DNA of 64,000 nt from Elusimicrobiota bacterium (GTDB lineage: Bacteria > Elusimicrobiota > Elusimicrobia > Elusimicrobiales > UBA9959), in the NCBI GenBank assembly GCA_019135865.1, contig JAGVVD010000043.1, positions 8,340 to 72,339 of the forward strand. The letters run 5' to 3'. Shown here one piece after another: positions 18,756 to 27,320 of this stretch. The position numbers and the translations under genes were made by a program. Position 1 is the stretch's first letter. Every line of letters starts with the position of its first letter. The notes under the pieces are model-generated. The model searched no databases. It saw nothing but the letters and a program-made list of their open reading frames with translations, and was not told the origin of the DNA.

Positions 18756-20308
18756 CTCTTGTTGGAAAGCCTGATTATCTCGCCGGCCAGCCGGCAGGCT
18801 CCGGCGTTGGACGGCATGACCAGCACTCCGGCCGCTTCGAGCGCGCGGACCACCTTCGAGCGCACCTGCGGATCGGCCTCGGTACCGGTGACGGAAGCGA
18901 CAATGGACAGTTCACGGTTGCCCCTGAAAGCCTCGGCCAGCGGGGGGAGAATGTCGTCGAGCGGTTTGAGGTTGGCGCCGTAGCCGAGCACCAGGTCCAG
19001 CAGCAGGACCGAGACCTCCGGCTTCTTCGCTTCCAAAACTATCATTTTGTTGCGCAGCGAAAAGTCTATCATCGGATGCGGGCGCCCCACGGTGAACTCG
19101 TCCTCGCCGAGATCTATCACCGCGTGGCCGCTGAGCTTCACGGAATCTTTCAGCTTGTATTTCCTGTCGAGCGGCGCGTTGGAGAGGACGGGACCGGTGA
19201 ACTCGGGCAGTACCACCTGCGCCTCTCCGACGAAGGTCCCGCCGGTGAAAAGCCCGCGCAGGAAGCGGCTCTTTTTCTTCCTCGCCGCTTCTTTTTTGGC
19301 CAGTTCCCCGACGCGGAGATTCGTGTCGTATATCAGTTCCCTCGCCTTCGCGGCCTTGAGCCCCTTGCCCAGGCAGGCGGCCTTGTAGGCGGCCTCCTCC
19401 AGAGTGCGCGCCGGATAAAAATCTTCCTTGACCTTTTCCCTTACCTCGCCGCCCAGCAGAACGGCCACGACCGGCTTCTTTATCCGCTTCACGGCCGCCG
19501 TTATCCTCTTCATCACCGACGGGTGCGGCGGCTTGGAGACCAGCAGTATCACCTGCGTGGCCTCGTCCTTCGCGAGCATGTCCAGGGCCTGCAGGAAAGT
19601 AAGACCGCCGACCTCCTCCTTCACGTCCCGTCCTCCCGTGCCTATGCACTGGGAGATGCCGGTTCCTTCGTTGGAGATCAGCGCGGTCACTTCCTGCGCG
19701 CCGGTCCCCGAGGCCGCGACCACGCCGATATTGCCGCGCCTGACCGAATTAGCGAAGGCGATGGGAGCGCCGTTTATGATGGCGGTGCCGCAGTCGGGAC
19801 CCATGACCAGCAGTCCTTTCTTCACCGCCTCTTTTTTCAGCGCGACCTCGGTCCCGACGGGGACATTGTCGGAGAAGAGCATGACGTTGAGTCCCTTGCC
19901 CAGGCAGTCCGCCGCCAGCGTCCCGGCGAAGCGGCCGGCCACGCTGATGACGGCCAGGTTGGCCCCGTCGAGCGCCGCCACGGCGTCGTCGAGTCCCGCG
20001 GCTTTGCGGTCCGCGCTCCCGGCGGCCGCGGCGGGCTTCCTGTTAAGGAGTTCCCCGGCGGCCTTGAAGGCGGCCTCGGCGGCTTCGGCGGTCCGCGCGC
20101 TTACGGCGATGGCGAGGTCGTTCTCTCCGGCCTTCTCCACTTCCGCGGTAAGGAGCCCGGAGGCCTTTATGAGGCTCTTGTTCTCTTTCGTGGCCATGAC
20201 GACGGCGGAATCGACGACGCCGGGCACGGAATTGAGCTTTTTCGCCACCTGCATCAGCGCCACGGAGTCGTAATAGGCGCCTTTCTTTATGGTCGTTTTT
20301 ATCGGCAT
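18752..20308 (-). CDS. fdrA: FdrA-family protein (acyl-CoA synthetase NDP-forming-like)
   Basis: N-terminus MPIKTTIKKGAYYDSVALMQV, CoA-ligase-like glycine-rich segments, 518 aa. Confidence 0.8.
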   Translation of the reverse strand: MPIKTTIKKGAYYDSVALMQVAKKLNSVPGVVDSAVVMATKENKSLIKASGLLTAEVEKAGENDLAIAVSARTAEAAEAAFKAAGELLNRKPAAAAGSADRKAAGLDDAVAALDGANLAVISVAGRFAGTLAADCLGKGLNVMLFSDNVPVGTEVALKKEAVKKGLLVMGPDCGTAIINGAPIAFANSVRRGNIGVVAASGTGAQEVTALISNEGTGISQCIGTGGRDVKEEVGGLTFLQALDMLAKDEATQVILLVSKPPHPSVMKRITAAVKRIKKPVVAVLLGGEVREKVKEDFYPARTLEEAAYKAACLGKGLKAAKARELIYDTNLRVGELAKKEAARKKKSRFLRGLFTGGTFVGEAQVVLPEFTGPVLSNAPLDRKYKLKDSVKLSGHAVIDLGEDEFTVGRPHPMIDFSLRNKMIVLEAKKPEVSVLLLDLVLGYGANLKPLDDILPPLAEAFRGNRELSIVASVTGTEADPQVRSKVVRALEAAGVLVMPSNAGACRLAGEIIRLSNKR

Positions 20309-20316
20309 ATGCTCTC

Positions 20317-21159
20317 CTAAATATTCATCACGCCGTAGAAACCGTAGAGGAAACCGGCCGCGATGTCGCCGCCCGAGGTATGGCCCACGGCCAGCAGTTC
20401 TTCGGCGGCTTTTTCGGTGGTGCGCCCGGAGGGGGAGAAAAGCGCCTTTATGACGGCGTTGACGCGCTCGTCGGCCCGGCCTTTGAAGGAAGCCGTCAGG
20501 AAGGCGTTTGAGACCAGGTTGGAACCGAGGGACGCCGTATATACCCGCTCCTTCACGAGCCCCAGGTTTTTGCCGGAGTACATCTCCGCCGCGTTTATGC
20601 CCAGCAGGTAGCCGCCCAGGAAATCGTCGCCCGACGGCGTCATGCCGAAACCCAGGCCTTTCATGCCGCCCGCGCCGGCCTCGTAGGCGCCCATGGCCAG
20701 GCTGACCGCGGCTTCTTTCATCCGGGAAACGAAGCGGCGTTCGAAACCGCTCTTGAAACGGCTTTCCCTCGCCGCGTCCAGCAGAAAGACCGCGCTCTTG
20801 GGCGGGGCCGAGGCGCAGATGAGCTTGCGCAGATGCTGCAGGTTGGCGGTGAGCCTGGCGGCCTGGATCTTCGCCACGGCGAGCCGGGAATCGTATTTCG
20901 CGCCGCGGGGCACCCCGACCTTGTCCCCGTTCACGCGGAGGACTTTGCCGTCGAAAGAGGCTTTGGAGATCTTTTCCGGCAATTCCTCCAGGACGACGTT
21001 GAAAGGCCCGGCGGGACGGCCGGCCGGGAGTATGGTCAGGAGCGCCTGGCCTTTGCGCAGGTTGACGGCGCGTTCGAAGCGGTAATGGAGCTTGTATTCG
21101 CCTTTCTCTATAAGGTCGCCGTACGAGAGCAGTTTCACGGGAGCGGATATACGGGGCAT
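20317..21159 (-). CDS. DUF2877 protein (YlbF-like)
   Basis: 280 aa, directly upstream of the fdrA-like gene, with a C-terminal GHTSGGD motif. The assignment rests mainly on context and size. Confidence 0.5.
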   Translation of the reverse strand: MPRISAPVKLLSYGDLIEKGEYKLHYRFERAVNLRKGQALLTILPAGRPAGPFNVVLEELPEKISKASFDGKVLRVNGDKVGVPRGAKYDSRLAVAKIQAARLTANLQHLRKLICASAPPKSAVFLLDAARESRFKSGFERRFVSRMKEAAVSLAMGAYEAGAGGMKGLGFGMTPSGDDFLGGYLLGINAAEMYSGKNLGLVKERVYTASLGSNLVSNAFLTASFKGRADERVNAVIKALFSPSGRTTEKAAEELLAVGHTSGGDIAAGFLYGFYGVMNI

Positions 21160-21933
21160 TTAGACTTTAGCCTCCTGCCAGGGGAAAGACTTGCGCTCCC
21201 CGATGAAAGGGAAGCGCTCCCTGGTCTTGACCACCAGACCCTTGTCCAGCGGGACCTCGGAAATGAAGATACCCTCGGCCGTGCCGGAATCGATCACGAC
21301 CTTGCCCAGCGGGTCGAAGCACATGGAATTGCCGGAATACTCCAGCTTGCCCTCCACGCCTATGCGGTCCACGCCGGCGCAGTAAGCCTGGTTCTCGACG
21401 GCGCGGGCGCGCAGCAGCGTCGTCCAGTGCTCGGCGCGGCGGGCCGGCCAGGCGGCTATCGCTATGTAGATGTCCACCTCGGGGGCCTTGTTCCAGAACA
21501 GGTAGGGGAAGCGCAGGTCGAAGCAGACGGCCGGCATCACGCGCAGCCCTTCGAGTTCGAAAACGACCTGTTTGTCTCCGGCCTTGTAATGCTTGTCCTC
21601 GCCGCCGAAGGCGTAGAGGTGTATCTTGGAATACTCGTTGACCCTGTCGCCGTGGCGGTTGAGGGTTATGAGCTTGTTATAGCCGCCCTCCACACCTCCG
21701 TAGGAGACATTGATATTGTTCCGCTGCGCCAGGTCCGTGAAGAACTGCCGGTCGGAGTCGTCCAGCTCGGCCGCCGCCGTGTTCATCGTGAACCCGGACA
21801 GGGTCATCTCCGAGAATATGATCCAGTCTATCTCCGATCTGCGCGGATGGTTCTCCAGCAGTTCCGCTATCCGATTCTTGTTCGCCGCTTTGTCTTCCCA
21901 TTTGATGTCGTACTGGCACAGGGCGAGTTTCAT
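21160..21933 (-). CDS. carbon-nitrogen hydrolase family amidase/nitrilase-like enzyme
   Basis: Candidate Glu-Lys-Cys triad contexts (IIFSEMTLSGF, KIHLYAF, AVCFDLRFP). 257 aa. It overlaps the upstream gene by 4 nt and directly abuts the downstream gene. Confidence 0.8.
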   Translation of the reverse strand: MKLALCQYDIKWEDKAANKNRIAELLENHPRRSEIDWIIFSEMTLSGFTMNTAAAELDDSDRQFFTDLAQRNNINVSYGGVEGGYNKLITLNRHGDRVNEYSKIHLYAFGGEDKHYKAGDKQVVFELEGLRVMPAVCFDLRFPYLFWNKAPEVDIYIAIAAWPARRAEHWTTLLRARAVENQAYCAGVDRIGVEGKLEYSGNSMCFDPLGKVVIDSGTAEGIFISEVPLDKGLVVKTRERFPFIGERKSFPWQEAKV

Positions 21934-24338
21934 TTACTTTTGCCTCCGGCGGCCGCGAGCGCGACCTTTTCCTTGGTGACTGGCATCGACTTGATGCGCA
22001 CGCCCAGTGCGTCCGCGACGGCGTTGGCTATCAGCGGCGCGCAGGGGATCATGGTGTGCTCGCCCACGCCGCGCGCGCCGAAAGGCCCGTCCGGCTGGGG
22101 GACTTCCACGATGATGGGGACTATCTGCTCCGGCATGTCCTTGGCCGTAGGCAGCTTGTAGTCCGAGAAGTTGGGATTGAGCAGCCGGCCCTTATCGTCG
22201 TAGCGCATGTCCTCGTAGAGCACGGTGGCGAAGCCCTGCAGCAGGCCGCCGACTATCTGACCTTTGACGAGGTCGGGGTTTATCGCCTTGCCGCAGTCCA
22301 CGGCCAGCGCGACCTTCTTGATCTTCATCTTGCCGGTCTCGCGGTCCACTTCCAGTATCACGCCGGCGGCGCCGGTGGTGTAGTGGACATTGGGATGGCC
22401 GCCCTGGCCGGTCTCGGGGTCGCTGATGGCCGAGGCGAACTCGGGCATGAAAACGCCGGAGCCCATGATGGGACCGCCCTTGAAGGTGTGGTCGTCGGCC
22501 TGTATGCCGTTTATGACGAAGTCCCTGTAGGGCAGGCGGAAATGCGGCTTGGTGCGGCAGCGCACGCACTCGTCCTCGAGGTAGAGCGTGCTCTTGTCGA
22601 GGCAGTGCACGCGCTGCACCAGGTCGAAGATGCGCTCCCGCGCCTCCATAGCCGCGCGCTTGACGGCGTTGCCGCAGCCCCAGGTCACGTGCGAGCCGAC
22701 GGTCTGCCACTCATAGGGGTTTCGGTCGGTGTCGGGAGTCTCGACGCGTATGCGGGTGACCGGCATCGCCAGCACTTCGCCGGCGACCTGCGCCATGACG
22801 GTCAGCAGGCCCTGGCCCATGTCCATGCCCGAGACCAGTATGTTGACGCTGCCGTCCTCGTTGAACTTGAGGAACGCGCTGGAACTGGCGTTGGGCGGCA
22901 TGGCGGGGGCTTTCCAGAAGCAGACCAGCGATTTGCCGACGGCCTTGCGCGGATCCTTCGACTTCTCCTTCACGCCCCACCGTATCTCTTTTTCGACCTT
23001 CTCTATGGCCTCGCGTATGCCGGTCGGGTTCATGTGCGCGCCGTAGGGCAGGGTCTCGCCCTCCTTGATGGCGTTGAGCTTGCGGAACTCGACGGGGTCG
23101 ACGCCCAGCTTCTCCGCCATGCGCGTGATATGCGATTCCAGTCCGAAGAGGAACTCGGAATAGCCGAAGCCGCGGTAGGCGCCGCCGGGGGGGAGGTTGG
23201 TGTAGGTGCAGACCGAGTCTATGCTGATATTGTCGACGCGGTAGGGGCCGCTGGCGGAGAGGCCGGCGGCGTTGACGACGTTGGCGCCGTATTCGACGTA
23301 GGCGCCGGCGTCCCAGTAAAGCCTGTAGTCGAGCGCGGTTATCTTGCCGTTCTTCGTCACGCCCAGCTTTATCTTCGTCGTGACGCCCAGGCGCTGGTAG
23401 GTGTTGTAGAACTCCTGCGCGCGGCTCCAGAGCAGCTTGACCGGGCGGCCGGGCACGGCCACGGCCAGCGCGGCGGCGATGATCTCCATCGTGACTCCGG
23501 CCTTCCCGCCGAAGCCGCCGCCGATATAGGTGCTCACCACGCGCACGTCCTTGTGCGCTATGCCGAAGGCCTTGAGGGTCTCGGCGAAGACGTGGCGCTG
23601 GGTGAACGGCGACTGGGACGAGGTCCACATGGTCAGGCGGCCCGAGGCGTCGTAGAGGCCGATGGCCGAGTGGTTCTCTATGGCGCAATGCGCGTAGCGG
23701 GGAACCGTGTAGGTATCCTCCATGACGAGGTCGGCCTGACGGAAGCCTTTCTCCGGGTCGCCCTTGCGTATCTTGCGCCAGTGCGCGATATTGGTGCCCG
23801 GCTTGGGAAAGAACCACGGGACATGGGTGTAGCTCTTGAGGTCGGGGTGGACGAGGGGGGCGCCCTTCTCGAGGGCTTTGACCGGGTCCAGGACGGCCGG
23901 CAGGTCCTCGTACTCGACTTTCACCAGCGCGGCGCCGCGCAGGGCGGTCTTGGCGTCGGTGGCGACGACGGCGGCGACCTGCTCGCCGACGAAACGGACG
24001 CGGTCGTTGGCGAAGATGTAGCGGTCGTTCATGTAGAGGCCGAACTTGTGGACGAAGTTGCGGCCGGTGACGACTTTCACGACGCCTCGCAGTTTCTCTG
24101 CGGCGGAGGTGTCTATGGACTTTATCCTGGCGTGGGCGCGGGGGCTTTCGACCAGCGCCGCGTAGAGGAGGCCGGGGCCGAACTCCAGGTCGTCGGTGTA
24201 CTTGGCGGCGCCGCGTATCTTCTCCCAGCCGTCTATACGCTGCACGCTCTTGCCGACGACCCGCAGTCCGTCGTCCTGCGTGCTCACCTTCGCCTTAACG
24301 CCCTTCTTCGGTTTGGAGATAATCTTGTCCATGTCCAT
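21930..24338 (-). CDS. xanthine dehydrogenase/aldehyde oxidase-family molybdopterin-binding large subunit
   Basis: About 800 aa with the typical a/b-hammerhead and MoCo-binding segments (GGGFGGK, GVGEHTMIP-like C-terminus). The start is set to the ATG after a GAGG RBS. The track uses a GTG 12 nt upstream. Confidence 0.9.
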   Translation of the reverse strand: MDMDKIISKPKKGVKAKVSTQDDGLRVVGKSVQRIDGWEKIRGAAKYTDDLEFGPGLLYAALVESPRAHARIKSIDTSAAEKLRGVVKVVTGRNFVHKFGLYMNDRYIFANDRVRFVGEQVAAVVATDAKTALRGAALVKVEYEDLPAVLDPVKALEKGAPLVHPDLKSYTHVPWFFPKPGTNIAHWRKIRKGDPEKGFRQADLVMEDTYTVPRYAHCAIENHSAIGLYDASGRLTMWTSSQSPFTQRHVFAETLKAFGIAHKDVRVVSTYIGGGFGGKAGVTMEIIAAALAVAVPGRPVKLLWSRAQEFYNTYQRLGVTTKIKLGVTKNGKITALDYRLYWDAGAYVEYGANVVNAAGLSASGPYRVDNISIDSVCTYTNLPPGGAYRGFGYSEFLFGLESHITRMAEKLGVDPVEFRKLNAIKEGETLPYGAHMNPTGIREAIEKVEKEIRWGVKEKSKDPRKAVGKSLVCFWKAPAMPPNASSSAFLKFNEDGSVNILVSGMDMGQGLLTVMAQVAGEVLAMPVTRIRVETPDTDRNPYEWQTVGSHVTWGCGNAVKRAAMEARERIFDLVQRVHCLDKSTLYLEDECVRCRTKPHFRLPYRDFVINGIQADDHTFKGGPIMGSGVFMPEFASAISDPETGQGGHPNVHYTTGAAGVILEVDRETGKMKIKKVALAVDCGKAINPDLVKGQIVGGLLQGFATVLYEDMRYDDKGRLLNPNFSDYKLPTAKDMPEQIVPIIVEVPQPDGPFGARGVGEHTMIPCAPLIANAVADALGVRIKSMPVTKEKVALAAAGGKSK

Positions 24339-24356
24339 ATTTCGCCTCACTCGCTT

Positions 24357-24386
24357 ACTTTAAATCGTCCCTGCCCGCGATGTCAA
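24357..24386 (-). promoter_or_regulatory. Putative promoter for the XDH large-subunit operon at the edge of repeat A2
   Basis: Minus strand reads TTGACA, 18 nt, TAAAGT. The -35 lies 3 nt from the ctattc end of repeat A2, and the predicted leader of about 12 nt contains GAGG. Confidence 0.4.
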
Positions 24387-24389
24387 GAA

Positions 24390-24592
24390 CTATTCGGGGC
24401 CAGCGGCGGTCGCCACGAAAAAACGCGCTCGACACACCGTGCTCGCGCTCCTTCCTCGGCCCTCGCGCTCGTATGCGCCTCCGCATCCTCGGGATGCGAT
24501 TCCACCGGCTAGCTTCGGCGCATACTCCGTAAGCTCAGGCCTTCGGACGGTTTTTCTTAGGCGACCCGCCGCCGCCCCCGACTGTCTCCTCC
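24390..24592. repeat. Structured palindromic repeat, family A, copy A2
   Basis: ctattcgggg...cccccgactgtctcctcc. The copy-specific stem gcggcggtcgcc pairs with ggcgacccgccgc. The internal blocks gattccaccggcta and ctccgtaagc are shared with A3. Confidence 0.8.
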
Positions 24593-24609
24593 GTATTACA
24601 AATCCAGCA

Positions 24610-25230
24610 CTACTCTATTCCCTCAAGGTTGAGCGGGATATTCTCTACTCTTGTTGGATGAATATCCACTAAAATCCCTTTGGCAATTGTCTGGACCCGA
24701 GGATTACGATATGAGTCGGAGGGGGTATAGGAAGCACTCACTTCCCTTACTCTGGCGAGAACCGCAATTTCTGAATTTACGGATTTCTCCATCACAACCC
24801 CGGATTCCTTAAGCAATTTACGAAGCTTTTCCTTTGGATATTGAAGCTCAAAATAAAACCTGTCAGAATAAATCTGACTGCGCCATTCTTTCGCATCGCC
24901 ACCGCGCAATACAACCAAGCAATGGGTTTCGCTGTGAATCGATATATCAGCGATTTTGCCAATTATCAGAATAGGGGACTCCGACAGCAACACCCTTTCC
25001 AGTTCAATGGTCGGGGGGGTCCGACCTAGTCCATCTAACCAGTTCAGCCTGGCACCTGCTCGTGAAGCCCAATCTATCACCAACTTCTGAGACAATTTTT
25101 CTATCTCCCTCGCCTCAAGTGCCGTTTGTTTGCCTTTCAGAGAAAGAACATACCACTCTCTCCCCAAAAAGGCCACAATTCCAAGAATAATGACCACCCA
25201 AATAACCTTACTTGCCTTCATTTGATACAT
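24610..25230 (-). CDS. hypothetical TM-anchored protein, third gene of the cyclase cassette
   Basis: 206 aa with an AAGGA RBS. One N-terminal helix (VIWVVIILGIVAFLG) and then a soluble region of about 170 aa with no motif I recognise. About 40% G+C. Confidence 0.6.
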   Translation of the reverse strand: MYQMKASKVIWVVIILGIVAFLGREWYVLSLKGKQTALEAREIEKLSQKLVIDWASRAGARLNWLDGLGRTPPTIELERVLLSESPILIIGKIADISIHSETHCLVVLRGGDAKEWRSQIYSDRFYFELQYPKEKLRKLLKESGVVMEKSVNSEIAVLARVREVSASYTPSDSYRNPRVQTIAKGILVDIHPTRVENIPLNLEGIE

Positions 25231-25247
25231 CCGTATTCCTTACCCAC

Positions 25248-25889
25248 TTATTCCATGAGCTCAATCTCTAAAAAAGGGATTTCTAGTCTCACACACTTAT
25301 AGTCGCGTCCACCATTTATATTCCGCAACGTATATTTTTCTCGTTTTGGGAGCCACTGTTTGGCATTTGCTTTGCAAAAAATCATCTCATACGCCGCACC
25401 TGACATTAGGACTTGATTCTGCGGGCGCGTTACGTTATGCTTAACCAGTTCCTGCAAACGACAGGCAATATTTATTGGTCTTCCCACAAACTCGACTCGC
25501 CCCATCATCACAATCTTACGGAGAAATCCAGAGTCAACACCACAGGTGATTCCTAGGACCGCTGGTTGACTTTCCAACGACGGAAGGACCTTAATTTTAA
25601 GGGTTTCATCAACAAATTCAGCAAGTTTTGGAATAAATCCCCTAAGCTCTGCGCCAGCATCCGCAGCAAATAGCAGGATCCACCCGTCTCCCAAAAACTT
25701 GTACGTCTCGAACCTATACCCCGCTGAAGACTCCAGCAGAAAGTTCTTAATCCGAATGAGAAAGTTATAGTATTGAGCCAACGAGTCGTTCAGCTTCATG
25801 CCCTCCAAAATATTAGAAGAGGAGCATATGTCAAATACCACGACTATCTTTCTCGCCACCTTTTGCTCTGGACGACGCTGGATTTTCAT
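25248..25889 (-). CDS. stand-alone class III nucleotidyl (adenylate/guanylate-type) cyclase domain protein
   Basis: 213 aa. VVFDICSSS carries the first metal Asp. YKFLGDGWILLF carries a Lys and the second metal Asp. GVDSGFL...VEFVGRPINIACRLQ carries the Asn/Arg transition-state pair. No sensor or regulatory domain. Confidence 0.75.
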   Translation of the reverse strand: MKIQRRPEQKVARKIVVVFDICSSSNILEGMKLNDSLAQYYNFLIRIKNFLLESSAGYRFETYKFLGDGWILLFAADAGAELRGFIPKLAEFVDETLKIKVLPSLESQPAVLGITCGVDSGFLRKIVMMGRVEFVGRPINIACRLQELVKHNVTRPQNQVLMSGAAYEMIFCKANAKQWLPKREKYTLRNINGGRDYKCVRLEIPFLEIELME

Positions 25890-25894
25890 AGAGA

Positions 25895-26218
25895 TTAAAC
25901 CTTACGCTTTAAGATTCCCTCATCTTCCAATCGCAGCTTAGCTACAACATGCTGCTTTAACAATTGCAGAACAAGTCCAACCCCAAGAAAGAGCAAAACC
26001 CCTCCAGTTAGGACGGCCCACAATATGAGTGGGGAGAATATCACCCATTCATTGCCTTTGGTTAACCGTTCAAACCAAGGCTTCTCTCCCAAGTACAGAA
26101 CAAGTGGAATCATTGGAACCATCTGCAAGAACGCAAAATGAGTTATAAAATCAACAACCTTCTCATGCCTTTTACCAAAAGCGTAATATTTATCTGCCAA
26201 TGTAACAATCAGTCGCAC
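25895..26218 (-). CDS. hypothetical small integral membrane protein, first gene of the cyclase cassette
   Basis: 107 aa with a GTG start 4 nt after AAGGGGA. Two to three hydrophobic helices (FITHFAFLQMVPMIPLVLYL; VIFSPLILWAVLTGGVLLFLGVGLVLQLL). A 5-nt gap separates it from the cyclase gene. Confidence 0.55.
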   Translation of the reverse strand: MRLIVTLADKYYAFGKRHEKVVDFITHFAFLQMVPMIPLVLYLGEKPWFERLTKGNEWVIFSPLILWAVLTGGVLLFLGVGLVLQLLKQHVVAKLRLEDEGILKRKV

Positions 26219-26260
26219 AATATCCCCTTAATACCCACCAGCCCCGCGATGCCATGACGC

Positions 26261-26288
26261 ATCGTATCGTCAGGATTAGAGATGCCAA
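26261..26288 (-). promoter_or_regulatory. Putative promoter of the cyclase cassette
   Basis: Minus strand reads TTGGCA, 16 nt, TACGAT, about 40 nt upstream of the GTG start at 26218. Confidence 0.4.
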
Positions 26289-26309
26289 TTCCACATCTCC
26301 ATTTGCCGC

Positions 26310-26603
26310 CTAGCCTTTCGCGTCGAGCAGGTAATTGTTGTTGCGGTTGGCGGCGACGAGTTCGCGGACCTCGTAGTCCTCGAAGCCGTCGGCGATGAAG
26401 GGGTCCTGCTTCGCCATGCCCTCTGCTTCTTCCTGCGACTGGGCGCGCAGGACCACCATGCCGCCTTTGCCGTCCTTGAAAGGGCCGCAGACCACCAGCC
26501 GGCCGTTATCATCGAGCGACCGCAGGTGCTCCACGTGCCGCTGTATCACCGACGGATCGAACTTTTTGCCTTCCTTCATCTTCATCGTTATCACGTATAC
26601 CAT
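26310..26603 (-). CDS. YciI-family protein
   Basis: 97 aa. The pattern HVEHLRSLDDNGRLVVCGPF...GGMVVLRAQSQEEAEGMAKQDPF is typical of the YciI-like fold. Confidence 0.7.
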   Translation of the reverse strand: MVYVITMKMKEGKKFDPSVIQRHVEHLRSLDDNGRLVVCGPFKDGKGGMVVLRAQSQEEAEGMAKQDPFIADGFEDYEVRELVAANRNNNYLLDAKG

Positions 26604-26622
26604 GTCCCCGTCCCCCTTGCGC

Positions 26623-27282
26623 TCAGTCTGCCGAAACTATCTTTTTAAAATCGCCGTTCTCATCGAGGTAATAGACAATAGCGGCTTTCCCCCAAATTAC
26701 CACCTCAAAACCGTCGTTCTTCAACTCGACTTCCTCCAGTTCCGACTCCTCGTTCGGGACCTGGAAACGGCCCTTTTTGCGCAATTGCAGATAAGACCAT
26801 GTACCGATACGCTTGGACTCCGCTTCGGATAACGGAATCCTGGAAAACACCCTGACAGCGTACGAAAGGCCGCGATTCTTGGGATCATAACTGGAAAGTA
26901 GAATGAGTGTCATCGAAAAGTTGCCGTCATCACCTATTAAAACGGAATCCGTCATCCCGTCCCCGTTAAAATCGCCAAATACGGCGGCAGGGGATTGATA
27001 TGTCGTGTAAGGATAATAGCGCCTGATCTCTTCCGGATAGTAAACGGCGGGACGCAATTCAAAATTCTTAGAGTAGGCATGGACAGCCTCATGCATCTTC
27101 GGAGACAGAAACACGGTATGGGTTGAAAATTCTATCCGGCTCCCTTTATCCGGATAAGGGTTTTTCTGAAGCGTTTCTCCGGCAACCGCCAGTGGGACAC
27201 AAAAAAACCACATTACCCCCGCAGCGAAGAACATGCTGTGCTGTTTGACAACGCACAATCTGACCATTCCCACTCGCATCAT
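26623..27282 (-). CDS. hypothetical exported protein with one FG-GAP/VCBS-like motif
   Basis: Signal-peptide-like N-terminus (FFAAGVMWFFCVPLAVAGE) and FGDFNGDGMTDSVLIGDD. The start is trimmed to MMRVG to avoid overlap with the upstream gene. Intermediate G+C. Confidence 0.5.
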   Translation of the reverse strand: MMRVGMVRLCVVKQHSMFFAAGVMWFFCVPLAVAGETLQKNPYPDKGSRIEFSTHTVFLSPKMHEAVHAYSKNFELRPAVYYPEEIRRYYPYTTYQSPAAVFGDFNGDGMTDSVLIGDDGNFSMTLILLSSYDPKNRGLSYAVRVFSRIPLSEAESKRIGTWSYLQLRKKGRFQVPNEESELEEVELKNDGFEVVIWGKAAIVYYLDENGDFKKIVSAD

Positions 27283-27320
27283 TTTCCTTTCACGGTTTCG
27301 ACAATGTCTTCCATTATAAC

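Noticed and set aside
26276-26512. 78-aa ORF overlapping the YciI gene in another frame.
   Set aside because: It lies entirely within the better-supported YciI-family ORF (26310-26603) and its composition is Arg/Ala/Trp-rich, so it is a shadow frame.
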